Assembly: GCA_049325535.1 (NCBI GenBank)
Contig: JBMOKY010000001.1
Coordinates: 422,611 to 486,610, forward strand
DNA length: 64,000 bases
Reading direction: 5' to 3'
From: Patescibacteria group bacterium
GTDB lineage: Bacteria > Patescibacteriota > Patescibacteriia > UBA10025 > JAHIVO01
Both the position numbers and the translations under genes were made by a program. Positions 36,675 through 46,586 of the stretch are shown in pieces. Below the pieces are notes generated by a model. The model made no database searches. It worked only from the letters and a program-made list of their open reading frames with translations, and was not told the DNA's origin. Every line of letters begins with the position of its first letter. The stretch's first letter is position 1.

Positions 36675-37982
36675 ATGAAGAAAAAATCTGCAAAACGGAG
36701 GGCAAAGAAAGAAATAGTGACTATCGTCGGCATCGGTTACGTTGGTTTGCCGCTTGCCTGCCTGTGCGGAGAAAAGGGCTACGCCACGTTTGGCATTTCC
36801 AAGGAAAAAGCCAAGGTCAATATGATCAATAAGGGCATATCTCCGATTAAGGGGGATAAGGAATTGGCGACCTGGGTGGCAAAGAAATATTTTACGGCTA
36901 CGACAAGTTTTGAGTCAGTAAAAAAATCAGACATAGTGGTGATTTGCGTGCCGACGCCGATCGACCATATGCATAATCCCAATTTAGAACCGGTGCGCAG
37001 TGCCAGCAAGAATATCGCCAAATATTTACGTAAAGGGCAACTGGTCGTGATGGAGTCGACGGTCAATCCGGGGGTGTGCGAAGAGGTGATACAACCGATA
37101 CTGGAAAAGGGTTCGGGGCTGCGAGCCGGTAAGGATTTTTATTTGGCACATTCACCAGAGCGGATCAATCCAGGCGATCCCAAATGGAACGTGCGGAATA
37201 TCCCTCGTTGTGTCGGCGCTTTGAGTCAGACCGGACTGAAAAAAGCAGTCAAATTTTACCGATCAATTCTCGAGGGCGAAGTACGCCCCATGAAATCGAT
37301 TAAGGAAGCTGAGGCAACCAAAATCATCGAGAATTCTTTCCGGGACATCAATATTGCTTTTGTGAATGAACTGGCAAAATCTTTTGAGGTGCTGGGTATC
37401 GATTTGGTGGATGTGATTGAGGGTGCCAAAACCAAGCCGTTTGCATTTATGGCTCACTACCCATCGTGCGGCGTGGGCGGACATTGTATTCCGGTTGATC
37501 CGTATTATCTGATCGAACGAGCTCGGGTAGCTGGTTTTGATCATCGTTTTCTGAAATTAGCCCGAGATATCAATAATAGCATGCCGGCTTACACGGTCGA
37601 ACAGCTGATGAAAGGTCTCAATCAGATCCGCAAGCCGCTCAAGGGTACCCGCGTCGGTCTGCTCGGGCTTTCCTACAAAGCAAACGTCGATGACCTGCGC
37701 GAGAGCCCGGCTTTGGACATTCTCGATCTGCTGAAGAAGGAAGGCGCGATTGTGGATACATTTGATCCATATTTCCCCGATCGATCGACCGTGAAGGATC
37801 TGGAATCATTGCTGCGAAAAGTCGAAGCGGTAGTCATCGCCACCAATCATCGTGAATTTATGGAAGTCCCGACGTCAGCTTTTAAAAAGAACGGAGTTAA
37901 AGTAATTGTGGATGGTAAAAATTGCCTTGATAAATCGAAATTAGTTGCTTCGGGTATCATTTATCGAGGAATCGGACGATGA
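36675..37982 (+). CDS. UDP-N-acetylhexosamine 6-dehydrogenase (WbpA/WecC family)
   Basis: GIGYVGLPLA, ICVPTP, ESTV.PG, SPERINPG, GVGGHCIPVDPYYL, DLRESP. Confidence 0.93.
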   Translation: MKKKSAKRRAKKEIVTIVGIGYVGLPLACLCGEKGYATFGISKEKAKVNMINKGISPIKGDKELATWVAKKYFTATTSFESVKKSDIVVICVPTPIDHMHNPNLEPVRSASKNIAKYLRKGQLVVMESTVNPGVCEEVIQPILEKGSGLRAGKDFYLAHSPERINPGDPKWNVRNIPRCVGALSQTGLKKAVKFYRSILEGEVRPMKSIKEAEATKIIENSFRDINIAFVNELAKSFEVLGIDLVDVIEGAKTKPFAFMAHYPSCGVGGHCIPVDPYYLIERARVAGFDHRFLKLARDINNSMPAYTVEQLMKGLNQIRKPLKGTRVGLLGLSYKANVDDLRESPALDILDLLKKEGAIVDTFDPYFPDRSTVKDLESLLRKVEAVVIATNHREFMEVPTSAFKKNGVKVIVDGKNCLDKSKLVASGIIYRGIGR

Positions 37983-38653
37983 AGGTTTTTGTCGTCATTC
38001 CGGCACTGAATGAGAGCCAGCGCATCGGCGCGGTGGTAGAGCGCGTGCGGCAGCGGTATCCGTATGTGATCGTAGTCGATGACGGGTCTGACGATGGCAC
38101 GGGTCAGGTAGCCGCCAGCGCCGGCGCCATGGTACTGACGCATGCTATCAATCGGGGTCAGGGCGCATCACTCAAAACAGCGATTCTGTATGCGCTCGAT
38201 CATGAGGCTGAGGCGATTGTCACATTCGACGCGGATGGCCAGCATGATGCCGAGGATATCGATCGGCTGCTTCTGCCTATCCACGAGGGCCGTGCTGACG
38301 TCGTTCTTGGTTCGCGTTTTTTGCAGAATACTACAGAAAACATGCCCCCATTGCGGAAGCTGATGCTCCGGGCGGCAGTCATTTTTACCCGGTTTGCCTC
38401 CGGGCTCAATGTAACCGACACGCACAATGGCTTACGCGCCTTTACCCGGGAGGCGGCGCATCGTATTAAAATTCACCAGGACCGCATGGCGCACGCTTCA
38501 GAGATTCTCGATGAGATCAATCGTAATCAATTGCGATTCGTGGAGGTACCGGTAACCATCCGCTACAGCGCCTACTCCACCGGGAAAGGACAGAGTACGC
38601 TGTCATTTGGCAAAGTATTATTTAAGTATATTATTGGCCGCATCATGCGATGA
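37979..38653 (+). CDS. GT2 glycosyltransferase (DPM1-like)
   Basis: VIPALNE, VDDGS.D, NRGQGA, FDADGQH, TDTHNGLR. Confidence 0.92.
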   Translation: MKVFVVIPALNESQRIGAVVERVRQRYPYVIVVDDGSDDGTGQVAASAGAMVLTHAINRGQGASLKTAILYALDHEAEAIVTFDADGQHDAEDIDRLLLPIHEGRADVVLGSRFLQNTTENMPPLRKLMLRAAVIFTRFASGLNVTDTHNGLRAFTREAAHRIKIHQDRMAHASEILDEINRNQLRFVEVPVTIRYSAYSTGKGQSTLSFGKVLFKYIIGRIMR

Positions 38654-38997
38654 TTATCAAGATTCTCATTTCGCTGTTTGTCGTATTTGCCGCGTCGCGG
38701 GCGTATTTACGATACCGAAGCGGATCAATATCAAATCTCGCCTTGTTTATTTGGCTATTTTTATGGTTTGCGGTTGCTTTTTTCGTCTGGTGGCCACATG
38801 CCGCAGCGGTGATAGCCGATACCGTCGGCGTCGGCCGCGGTGTCGACGCGCTGGTATACATCTCGATCGTGGCATTGTTCTATGGCGTATTTCGTTTGTA
38901 CGTCAAGCTAGAATTTATGGAGCGGGAAATCACCCAGCTCGTCAGAAATAAAGCATTAGCAGACGCGAAGAATAAGGATGAACATAGTACTCATTAG
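38650..38997 (+). CDS. DUF2304-family small membrane protein
   Basis: GVGRGVDALVY..EREITQLVR; typical partner of the upstream GT2. Confidence 0.85.
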   Translation: MIIKILISLFVVFAASRAYLRYRSGSISNLALFIWLFLWFAVAFFVWWPHAAAVIADTVGVGRGVDALVYISIVALFYGVFRLYVKLEFMEREITQLVRNKALADAKNKDEHSTH

Positions 38998-40105
38998 TGA
39001 GTATTTTCCGCGTTCTAATGAGCGCGAAATGCGCGGAGGTGTGGAAGCGCGTTGTTTTTATATTGCCCGGGAATTAGCGAAAAAAAATCGCGTATGGGTC
39101 ATCGCCAGTCGTGAGCCGGAGTGCGCTGATCGTGCGGATATCGGCGCGGTAACTGTACTGCGCGTCGGCCCGCGACGGGAGTATATACACCACCAGGGTT
39201 TATGGAGCCGTTTTATGTTTGCCTGGTCGGTGGCACGGACGCGGCTGCCAGAATCACCCGATATCGTCGATGCGCAGGCAATCGTCACGTACCTTCCTGG
39301 CTATTGGCTGGCGCGGCGCTACCGTGCGCGGGCGGTGATGACCGTGCATGATTCGTGGCTCGGCCAATGGATGCAGCTCTTCGGGCTGGCGGGAATCATC
39401 GGGGAAATTGTGGAGCGACTGTATTTACTTCTGCATTGGGACGGGGTGATCGCCAATTCTCGGTATACGCTGGATAAAGTGCGCAATCGGATCAAGGCAC
39501 CCACAGAGGTAGTGTACAATGGAATCGACCATCAGCATCTGCCTGAGCCGGAACAACAGGCAGAATCCGGCACACTCTGTGTCATCAGCCGGCTGGTGCC
39601 GTATAAACGAGTCGGTGATGTGCTGCAGGCGCTGGCCATGCTCCAGAAGCAGGGGAAGCGTATCCGATGCCATATCATCGGTTCCGGGCCTGAATCAGAG
39701 CGTCTCAGGCAAGAGGCAGAGCTACTCGGTGTAGCCGCGCAGGTAGTTTTCCATGGTTTTATGGCCCGGCATGAGGATGTACTGCGGGTATTACAATCAA
39801 GCATGCTGCTCTGCCACCCTTCGGCTGTGGAGGGGTTTGGTATCGTCACGCTGGAGGCGGCACTGGTCAATCGCCCGTACGTCGCTACCAGCATTCCCGC
39901 AGTGCGTGAGGTTACCCGCGATGGCAGGGGAGGTGTTTTATATCCGGTAGGTGATATCGCTCGTCTGGCTGAATCGCTGGATCATGTGCTCTCTGACCCG
40001 CATGTGTATCAGCAAAAGCAAAAAGAGCTTCCGGATCTGGTCCGGCACTATCAGTGGAAAACCCAGGCAGCCACTACAGTGTCATTTTATCAATCATTAC
40101 TATGA
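38978..40105 (+). CDS. GT4 glycosyltransferase
   Basis: GGVE, SRLVPYK, EGFGIVTLEA. Confidence 0.9.
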   Translation: MNIVLISEYFPRSNEREMRGGVEARCFYIARELAKKNRVWVIASREPECADRADIGAVTVLRVGPRREYIHHQGLWSRFMFAWSVARTRLPESPDIVDAQAIVTYLPGYWLARRYRARAVMTVHDSWLGQWMQLFGLAGIIGEIVERLYLLLHWDGVIANSRYTLDKVRNRIKAPTEVVYNGIDHQHLPEPEQQAESGTLCVISRLVPYKRVGDVLQALAMLQKQGKRIRCHIIGSGPESERLRQEAELLGVAAQVVFHGFMARHEDVLRVLQSSMLLCHPSAVEGFGIVTLEAALVNRPYVATSIPAVREVTRDGRGGVLYPVGDIARLAESLDHVLSDPHVYQQKQKELPDLVRHYQWKTQAATTVSFYQSLL

Positions 40106-41220
40106 GCAAGCCAAAGCGTATAACATTCATCATCGATGCCTGGTACCCGCTCGTGGGCGGCGGTCAGGAGTACGTACGCGAGATGGCAAATCGCCTGGTC
40201 GGTGAATATGGCTGCCGCGTGCGGATCATTACCAGAAAAATCAGCGGTACCCCTGTTCAGTATCAGCTAAACCCGTCAGTGCAGCTCGTTTGTCTCGGGC
40301 CGAGGAGTTCGTTTAATAATATTGCTGTACGCATTTGGTTTCTGATTGCCAGCACTGTATATCTTCTTCTCCATGCAGCTGCGGACGTGTATGCACCGCA
40401 ATCCGTGACTCCGGGAATCGTCGGAAAAGTAGTCGGCTGGTGCCGACGACGTCCGGTCGTCATGGTGGTCCACGGCTCGCAATTGACAAATTCCCATGCA
40501 AAACGGGGGATTCAGTTTTACATTGAGCGTTGTATCCTGACAAAAATTCGGTATACCTTCGTCATCAGCGTCGCTGAATCATTTATCCGAATACCCAATG
40601 TAAATAAAAATATTACTGCGATTCCAAACGGCGTAGATGTAACAGCATTTGATGGCGTACCGACAGAAAAAACCACTCATCCAAGTATTCTTTTTGTAGG
40701 TCGGCTCGATGCCGTGAAAGGAGTGGATATACTGCTGCGGGCTTTTCATTCGCTGATCGCATCTGGGGACAGGGTAAGCAGGCTGCGCATCGTGGGTTAT
40801 GGTTTTGAGGAAGATAATCTGAAGCAATTAGCTCGGTCACTGAGTATTAGTGAGCGAGTAGATTTTCTAGGGAAAGTAACCGGCGACGATTTAATGGTGC
40901 TGTATAAGTCATCCTGGGTGTTTGTATTGCCATCCTGGTCAGAAGGCCACCCTCTGACGTTACTTGAGGCCTGGGCGGCTCGTTTGCCGGTGGTGGCGAC
41001 TGACGTAGGGGATGTGGGTCAGTATCTCATAGACGGACAGAATGGCCGACTGGTAGCCGCCGGCGATAGTGCTGGGCTGGCTACGGCCCTGGCCAGCGTT
41101 TTGCGTGACCCGCAACGTACGAAGATGGGCGATCGGGGACGTCAGCTTGTGCATGACAAATACACTTGGGAACGGACGGTCGCCGCGACTTATACGATGG
41201 TATATAATCATATTGCTTAA
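40102..41220 (+). CDS. GT4 glycosyltransferase
   Basis: IPNGVD, FVGRL..KG, EGHPLTLLEA; ATGA overlap with the previous gene. Confidence 0.9.
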   Translation: MSKPKRITFIIDAWYPLVGGGQEYVREMANRLVGEYGCRVRIITRKISGTPVQYQLNPSVQLVCLGPRSSFNNIAVRIWFLIASTVYLLLHAAADVYAPQSVTPGIVGKVVGWCRRRPVVMVVHGSQLTNSHAKRGIQFYIERCILTKIRYTFVISVAESFIRIPNVNKNITAIPNGVDVTAFDGVPTEKTTHPSILFVGRLDAVKGVDILLRAFHSLIASGDRVSRLRIVGYGFEEDNLKQLARSLSISERVDFLGKVTGDDLMVLYKSSWVFVLPSWSEGHPLTLLEAWAARLPVVATDVGDVGQYLIDGQNGRLVAAGDSAGLATALASVLRDPQRTKMGDRGRQLVHDKYTWERTVAATYTMVYNHIA

Positions 41221-41225
41221 TACCA

Positions 41226-42548
41226 ATGCGACGTTTTATTGATTTATTGCAAACGAGTTTAAGGCAGCATGCGCCCATCGTGGTACTGCGCGGGTTTGAT
41301 GGCAATACGACGAAAACAACGTCACCCGATATTGATGTGCTGATACAGGCAGAAGCTATTCAGGCGGTCGACGAGCTATTAAACAGTTGGGGGTACCGAT
41401 ATTGTCCTGAAGCGTCATTCGTGAAAGACCATAAAGGATATCGAAACACTAGTCTAGATAGCGACCTTCCTCGATCACTCGATGTACATATTGGGGACCT
41501 GTCATGGAATGAATTATCCTATATACACAACGAGCAAATGTGGAACCGTCTGAATATGGATAGCGGATTTCTGAAATTATCCCAAGAGGATACCGTTATC
41601 ATGCTGGTGTGCCACTCTATCCTCGGTAAGCGGTATTTCAAGAAGCAGTATCAGCGGGAAATTAATCAGTTGCTTCGCGGTGGTGATATTGATTTTGACT
41701 ATATTGCGTCAAATTTTATCAGAATATTCGGTGAGCAGTGGGGACGTAGAGTATGGGATTTGATCCGTCATGATGATTATACTGGTCTGATCGCGCAGCG
41801 GTATTGGGTGCTGTTTGAGTTTATTGCCCGCTCTGGGAGAGTGTGGACTTTCATCCGGGTCGTGATGCGCTGGGTACCCTGGAGGATCCGCCAAATAGTA
41901 CGCCGAGGCGTTCTTATCTCATTTATTGGGATGGACGGAGCGGGTAAGACGCAAACTACGCAGGCAGTGTATGAAACGCTGCTGAGGATGGGTGTCCGCA
42001 GTCGCATCATCTATACTGGCCGGGGGAGGAAGAATATTATCCCCATCGGCATTCTAGGGGCACCCTATAAACGTCTTGAGGCGCGTATGGAAAGCAAACG
42101 ATCATCCGGGAGTGCCGCACCGGCGGGAAAGTCCAGTGGATTGAAAATTGCCCAGCGCATTTTATATACTCTAGCAGCTCCAGTTTTTGCCGCTGATCTC
42201 TTTTTCCGTTATTGGCTAATTGTTTTCCCGAGTTTGTGGAAATATGATGTGGTTATCACCGATCGGTACAGTTCCGATTTATTGCTCATGGACCATGTGC
42301 CGATGGGGTTCAAGAAATTTTTCTTTGGCCTTTTTCCCCGGCCGCGCCTGTTTATTTATTTGTATCATGATATTGCCGTTTTACATCAGCGTCGTCCCGA
42401 TCATCCACTGCAGGATTTAGAACGCCAAAGTAAACTGTTTGATACAATTCTTCCCACTCTCGGTGCGGATAAGGTGAAAACCGAATCAGTCGATTTGTCC
42501 GTCAGTACGTGCACAGAACTCATCATTCAGAAAGTTAGTGGACGATGA
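41226..42548 (+). CDS. Fusion of a nucleotidyltransferase-like domain and a thymidylate-kinase-like P-loop domain
   Basis: N-terminal VLRG...DIDVLI; C-terminal GMDGAGKT P-loop and ITDRY motif. Confidence 0.75.
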   Translation: MRRFIDLLQTSLRQHAPIVVLRGFDGNTTKTTSPDIDVLIQAEAIQAVDELLNSWGYRYCPEASFVKDHKGYRNTSLDSDLPRSLDVHIGDLSWNELSYIHNEQMWNRLNMDSGFLKLSQEDTVIMLVCHSILGKRYFKKQYQREINQLLRGGDIDFDYIASNFIRIFGEQWGRRVWDLIRHDDYTGLIAQRYWVLFEFIARSGRVWTFIRVVMRWVPWRIRQIVRRGVLISFIGMDGAGKTQTTQAVYETLLRMGVRSRIIYTGRGRKNIIPIGILGAPYKRLEARMESKRSSGSAAPAGKSSGLKIAQRILYTLAAPVFAADLFFRYWLIVFPSLWKYDVVITDRYSSDLLLMDHVPMGFKKFFFGLFPRPRLFIYLYHDIAVLHQRRPDHPLQDLERQSKLFDTILPTLGADKVKTESVDLSVSTCTELIIQKVSGR

Positions 42549-43732
42549 ATATTGCTTTTCTCACACCAGCGTTTGACCCACGCCAGCACGAAGCGAGCGT
42601 CATAACTATCACGTCATTAGCGGCGTATTTACAATCAGAGGGTCACCGCGTCATCGTAATCCAGAACCGCGAGTCGGGCCTGTCGCGAGGGGAGATGACT
42701 GACCAGGGCGTTTGTATCGAGCGGCCATATGCATTTTTTAATTTTTCCATAGGCAAGGGGTTTAATCCATTGCATTTTTTTGATTTAGTGATTGCTCATG
42801 CCCTCGGGGTTCGCTGGGTGGAAAAAAAGTATGGTATGCAGTTTGATGTACTTCACAGCTTCAGCGCCGCTCCGCTACTGATGTATCGAGCGCTTCTGGC
42901 ACGAATTTTGCTTCGCCGCTGCATGCCACTTATACATTCTTTCAAATCGATTTCCCAATATCGGATGGGGGGGTATTTTCCTCGGCGCGCCGCTCGATCG
43001 TTTCATACGCTTACGGTTCAGACTGAATATCAATTTGAGTATTTAGTGGAGCGCGGGGTTGATCGGGATCGCATCTGGCTTGTTCCTTCTCATGTCAATA
43101 CTGATAAATTTAAGCCTCGTGATCGAAACTCGCTGAAAAAGAAATATGGGTTTGACGGTCAGTATATCGTGCTCTACTATGGCCACTTCCTCGAGGTAAA
43201 AGGGGTGGAGTATTTGGTACGTGCAGTCCCCCAGCTGCGCGCATCGAATCGCCGGCCGTTTAAAGTGCTTCTGGCATGGAGTGGTCTCGGGCCGTCTGAC
43301 GCGTATGATCGCTTGATTGCTCAGCTCGACGTATATGGTAGCATTCAGGTATTGAAAGATACGAAGAAGCCTATCGAGGAATATGTCAGCATGGCCGATG
43401 TCGTGGTGTTGCCGTACCCACATCTGAAAGCAACTGAAGCAAACCCCTCATGTATTTTGGAAAGCATGGCCAGTCAAACGCTTGTCGTGACGACTGATTT
43501 AGAAGAATTGCCCAGATTTTTACAATCGGAAAAAAATGTGTTGAAGGTGCCGCCTCGCGATCACTCTTCGCTGAGCGCTGTACTGAGCAGCTTAATTGGC
43601 CAGCAGAAGCATGTACAGGATATTGTCGACCAGGCATATGCCGAGTCACGCCAGTTCAGTCTCAGTCAAGTAGGCAATACATATTCAGAATTATACGAAA
43701 ATGCAATAAGCGATAGTTCTCGACATAAATAA
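42545..43732 (+). CDS. GT4 glycosyltransferase
   Basis: YYGHF..KG, DVVVLPY, PSCILESMA. Confidence 0.85.
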   Translation: MNIAFLTPAFDPRQHEASVITITSLAAYLQSEGHRVIVIQNRESGLSRGEMTDQGVCIERPYAFFNFSIGKGFNPLHFFDLVIAHALGVRWVEKKYGMQFDVLHSFSAAPLLMYRALLARILLRRCMPLIHSFKSISQYRMGGYFPRRAARSFHTLTVQTEYQFEYLVERGVDRDRIWLVPSHVNTDKFKPRDRNSLKKKYGFDGQYIVLYYGHFLEVKGVEYLVRAVPQLRASNRRPFKVLLAWSGLGPSDAYDRLIAQLDVYGSIQVLKDTKKPIEEYVSMADVVVLPYPHLKATEANPSCILESMASQTLVVTTDLEELPRFLQSEKNVLKVPPRDHSSLSAVLSSLIGQQKHVQDIVDQAYAESRQFSLSQVGNTYSELYENAISDSSRHK

Positions 43733-43770
43733 TCTTTTTAGTATCATTGAGCTTGGAGTAAGCGAAGGTC

Positions 43771-45390
43771 ATGACATACGATTATAAAAAAATAATTACG
43801 ATTTGTTTAGCGACTTGTTTGATGGTTTTAGCGGTCGTTCTGTTTTTTGCTGGCAATGATATTACGGGAAGCTTTGATTCTTTAGATCATCTTTCTCTAG
43901 TCAAGAAAATTAGTTCGGAGGAAAATTTTGCACATGCTTCTTATTTTTGGGGAAATATCAGGTCGGTGTATCCACCGTTACTATATTCGCTTACGGTCGT
44001 AGTCCAAAAGATGGGTGGAATTGAGGATTACGCAGTGTTAGCTAATCTTATGAGTGTCGTCATTTTCGTGATGTATATTGCCATTTCATTCCTTATCGGA
44101 AAGAAGATATTTTCGTCGCGCATTCTCGGCATCACCGTCGTCCTTTTTTCATTATGTACGTACTATGTGGGCAGGCGTTTTTCACTATTTCTACCAGAAA
44201 ATCTTTCGATCGTTATATTTTTGTCATATTTGTATGTCGTATTTATTTCTGATTTTCGATGGGTGTGGCGCATAGGCATCGGGGGGGCGCTTCTGGGATG
44301 CGTTCTATTGACTAATGTACTGACGAGTTCCATGGCCATTTCGGTTCTGCTGCTTACCATTCCCATTCTTTTCTGGAATAAAAAGTATGCACTGCTGCTC
44401 ACTATTAGTTCGAGCGTAGTCATAGCCGCAGTGATGTCGTACTATAACATAATCGTGATCAATGGTGATTTATTCTGGATGAATTATATCAAGATTCCAC
44501 TAGTGCTCTCATTTTGCGCTTCAGTTACTGTGCTGGTTTTTGATACGCTCCAGGCCTTGTTTCAAATTTCCCGACGGCAAAGTTTGGCCGTAGGTATCGC
44601 GGGTTTAATAATAATCGCGATATTGTTTTATACACCACTCCTGCACTTTGTGACCGGAGAGCAGTACTGGAGCTATGATCAGTTTGGTCTGAAATTGGAC
44701 CAAAATATTTCACGGTATTTTTTTGACAATGGCGCATCGCGGCTTGGCATGAACCCCGTGGTGGCGATTATGGGTTTATTTTCGTTGGTTGTCATGCTTT
44801 TCGCCAAGCGTCTTTTTGATTCCCGTTTATTACCTTTTGTGGTCGCGGTGCTGTTGTCCCTGTTTATCGTCCTGGTTGGCCCCTATTTCGGCATTGAACC
44901 ATCAAATAATGCTCCACGGGCCATGCTGTATATATCAGTTTTTATTCCGGTTATAGCGGTATTTGCCCTACACACACTAAAAAATAACCGCTTATTTCAG
45001 GTAGGGTTACCGGTCGTGGTGGCAGCGCTTCTGATCACCTCAATCCCAAATGTCATCCGCTTCGCTGACACGACTATCGTAAAACCACCACAAACGCTCA
45101 TTGATTACGTCTCGGCTCATGTGGAACCTCATGATATTTTTATTGCACATCCCGTCACATTCAATAGTGTATACGTTTTGGGCGGAGGGGATTTGACCCA
45201 TTTATTTTATACGCCTATCGTGAATACCCAATTTTCTGAAACTGAAAACCTGGATAAAATAATGCAATATGATACTGTGTATGTCGTCGACGGGCCGTAT
45301 GGGAAATTTTCCCAGTATATTACCGGCGGGGAAAAACGCGAGGTTGTTTCCGAGGCTGGATATACATTATTTGCAGTTTCACGTCAATGA
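43771..45390 (+). CDS. Polytopic membrane protein, probable GT-C glycosyltransferase or polymerase
   Basis: About 12 TM segments; first loop has D..DH and YPPL as in GT-C enzymes; glycan operon context. Confidence 0.6.
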   Translation: MTYDYKKIITICLATCLMVLAVVLFFAGNDITGSFDSLDHLSLVKKISSEENFAHASYFWGNIRSVYPPLLYSLTVVVQKMGGIEDYAVLANLMSVVIFVMYIAISFLIGKKIFSSRILGITVVLFSLCTYYVGRRFSLFLPENLSIVIFLSYLYVVFISDFRWVWRIGIGGALLGCVLLTNVLTSSMAISVLLLTIPILFWNKKYALLLTISSSVVIAAVMSYYNIIVINGDLFWMNYIKIPLVLSFCASVTVLVFDTLQALFQISRRQSLAVGIAGLIIIAILFYTPLLHFVTGEQYWSYDQFGLKLDQNISRYFFDNGASRLGMNPVVAIMGLFSLVVMLFAKRLFDSRLLPFVVAVLLSLFIVLVGPYFGIEPSNNAPRAMLYISVFIPVIAVFALHTLKNNRLFQVGLPVVVAALLITSIPNVIRFADTTIVKPPQTLIDYVSAHVEPHDIFIAHPVTFNSVYVLGGGDLTHLFYTPIVNTQFSETENLDKIMQYDTVYVVDGPYGKFSQYITGGEKREVVSEAGYTLFAVSRQ

Positions 45391-46586
45391 AAATATTGGT
45401 AAGCGCTTTTGTATATTTAGGTGAAGACGCGGGCTCGACCCATGTGGTGGAAGTCTGGCGGCATATTATCGGCAGACACGATGTTCGGCTGCTCCTGCCG
45501 CAGGTTTCACACAGCGTTAGGTCGGATTATGGACGGCGTATAGAGCTGCAATCCGTACAATTTGTACCCTGTACCCGCCGGTCACGATTTCGGTATTTGA
45601 GGAGAATAAAGTTTGCCCTGACTTCTTTTTGGTATGATGTGTATACGGTATGCACTGCACTGAGCCAACCGTATGATGTAATTTATTTCCGTACCCGGTA
45701 TTTAAGTTTTGCTCCATTGGTACTGAAGTTTTTTGGGAAAAAATATGTTTGTGAGGTAAATGGGCTAGCAAAATATGGTGCTTCAAAAATTAAAAAAAGT
45801 ACCATTATCTCATTGACCTTGGCCGCGCACATGTTTCTGGAAAAAAGAGCGCTGAGAGGTGCGATGAAAATTATTACCGTGACTGAGGAATTGATCGGTC
45901 AACTGCAAAAGGAATATAGTGTGGACAGGTTACGCTGTGTGGTCATTCCGAATGGGGTAGATATTGATTTATTTAAGCCGGGTCAGGCAAAAAGCTCTTA
46001 TGAAAAAAATCACGTATTCAGGATTGGATTTGTTGGTCACTTTGCACCTTGGCAGGGAATTCAAAATGTCCTACCTGTCATTCCAGCAGTGAATAAGCAA
46101 TTTCCTGTAAAATTATTATTAGTTGGTGATGGAATGATGCTGCAGGAATGGAAAACGACTGCAGAGCGGATGCTCGAACCTCAGCAGTATGAATTTTTAG
46201 GTATGATTACCTATGATCAGGTACCTAAATATATTCAATCTTTCGATTTTTGTATCGCACCATTTACAATGGAGCGCAATACTGACATTGGTTTATCCCC
46301 GCTGAAACTGTATGAGTATCTTGCCTGCGCAAAACCTGTGCTGGTAACTGACATACCAGGCGTTTCGGAAATCGTTCATGTGAATAATGTTGGCGTAGTC
46401 ATTCCTGATAGTTCTCAAGAGAACATGGTGCGTGGGATAAGTCAGATGATTGAAAGGAGAGATGAGTGGCCAGCAATGGGACGACGGGGGCGGCATCTTG
46501 TAGAGCGTGATTATAGTTGGAAGGTAAATTCTGAAAAAGTTGTTATCACCCTTGGAAATCATTTATCAATTCGGAGTACTCATTGA
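45387..46586 (+). CDS. GT4 glycosyltransferase
   Basis: IPNGVD, FVGHFAPWQG, SPLKLYEYLAC. Confidence 0.9.
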   Translation: MKILVSAFVYLGEDAGSTHVVEVWRHIIGRHDVRLLLPQVSHSVRSDYGRRIELQSVQFVPCTRRSRFRYLRRIKFALTSFWYDVYTVCTALSQPYDVIYFRTRYLSFAPLVLKFFGKKYVCEVNGLAKYGASKIKKSTIISLTLAAHMFLEKRALRGAMKIITVTEELIGQLQKEYSVDRLRCVVIPNGVDIDLFKPGQAKSSYEKNHVFRIGFVGHFAPWQGIQNVLPVIPAVNKQFPVKLLLVGDGMMLQEWKTTAERMLEPQQYEFLGMITYDQVPKYIQSFDFCIAPFTMERNTDIGLSPLKLYEYLACAKPVLVTDIPGVSEIVHVNNVGVVIPDSSQENMVRGISQMIERRDEWPAMGRRGRHLVERDYSWKVNSEKVVITLGNHLSIRSTH

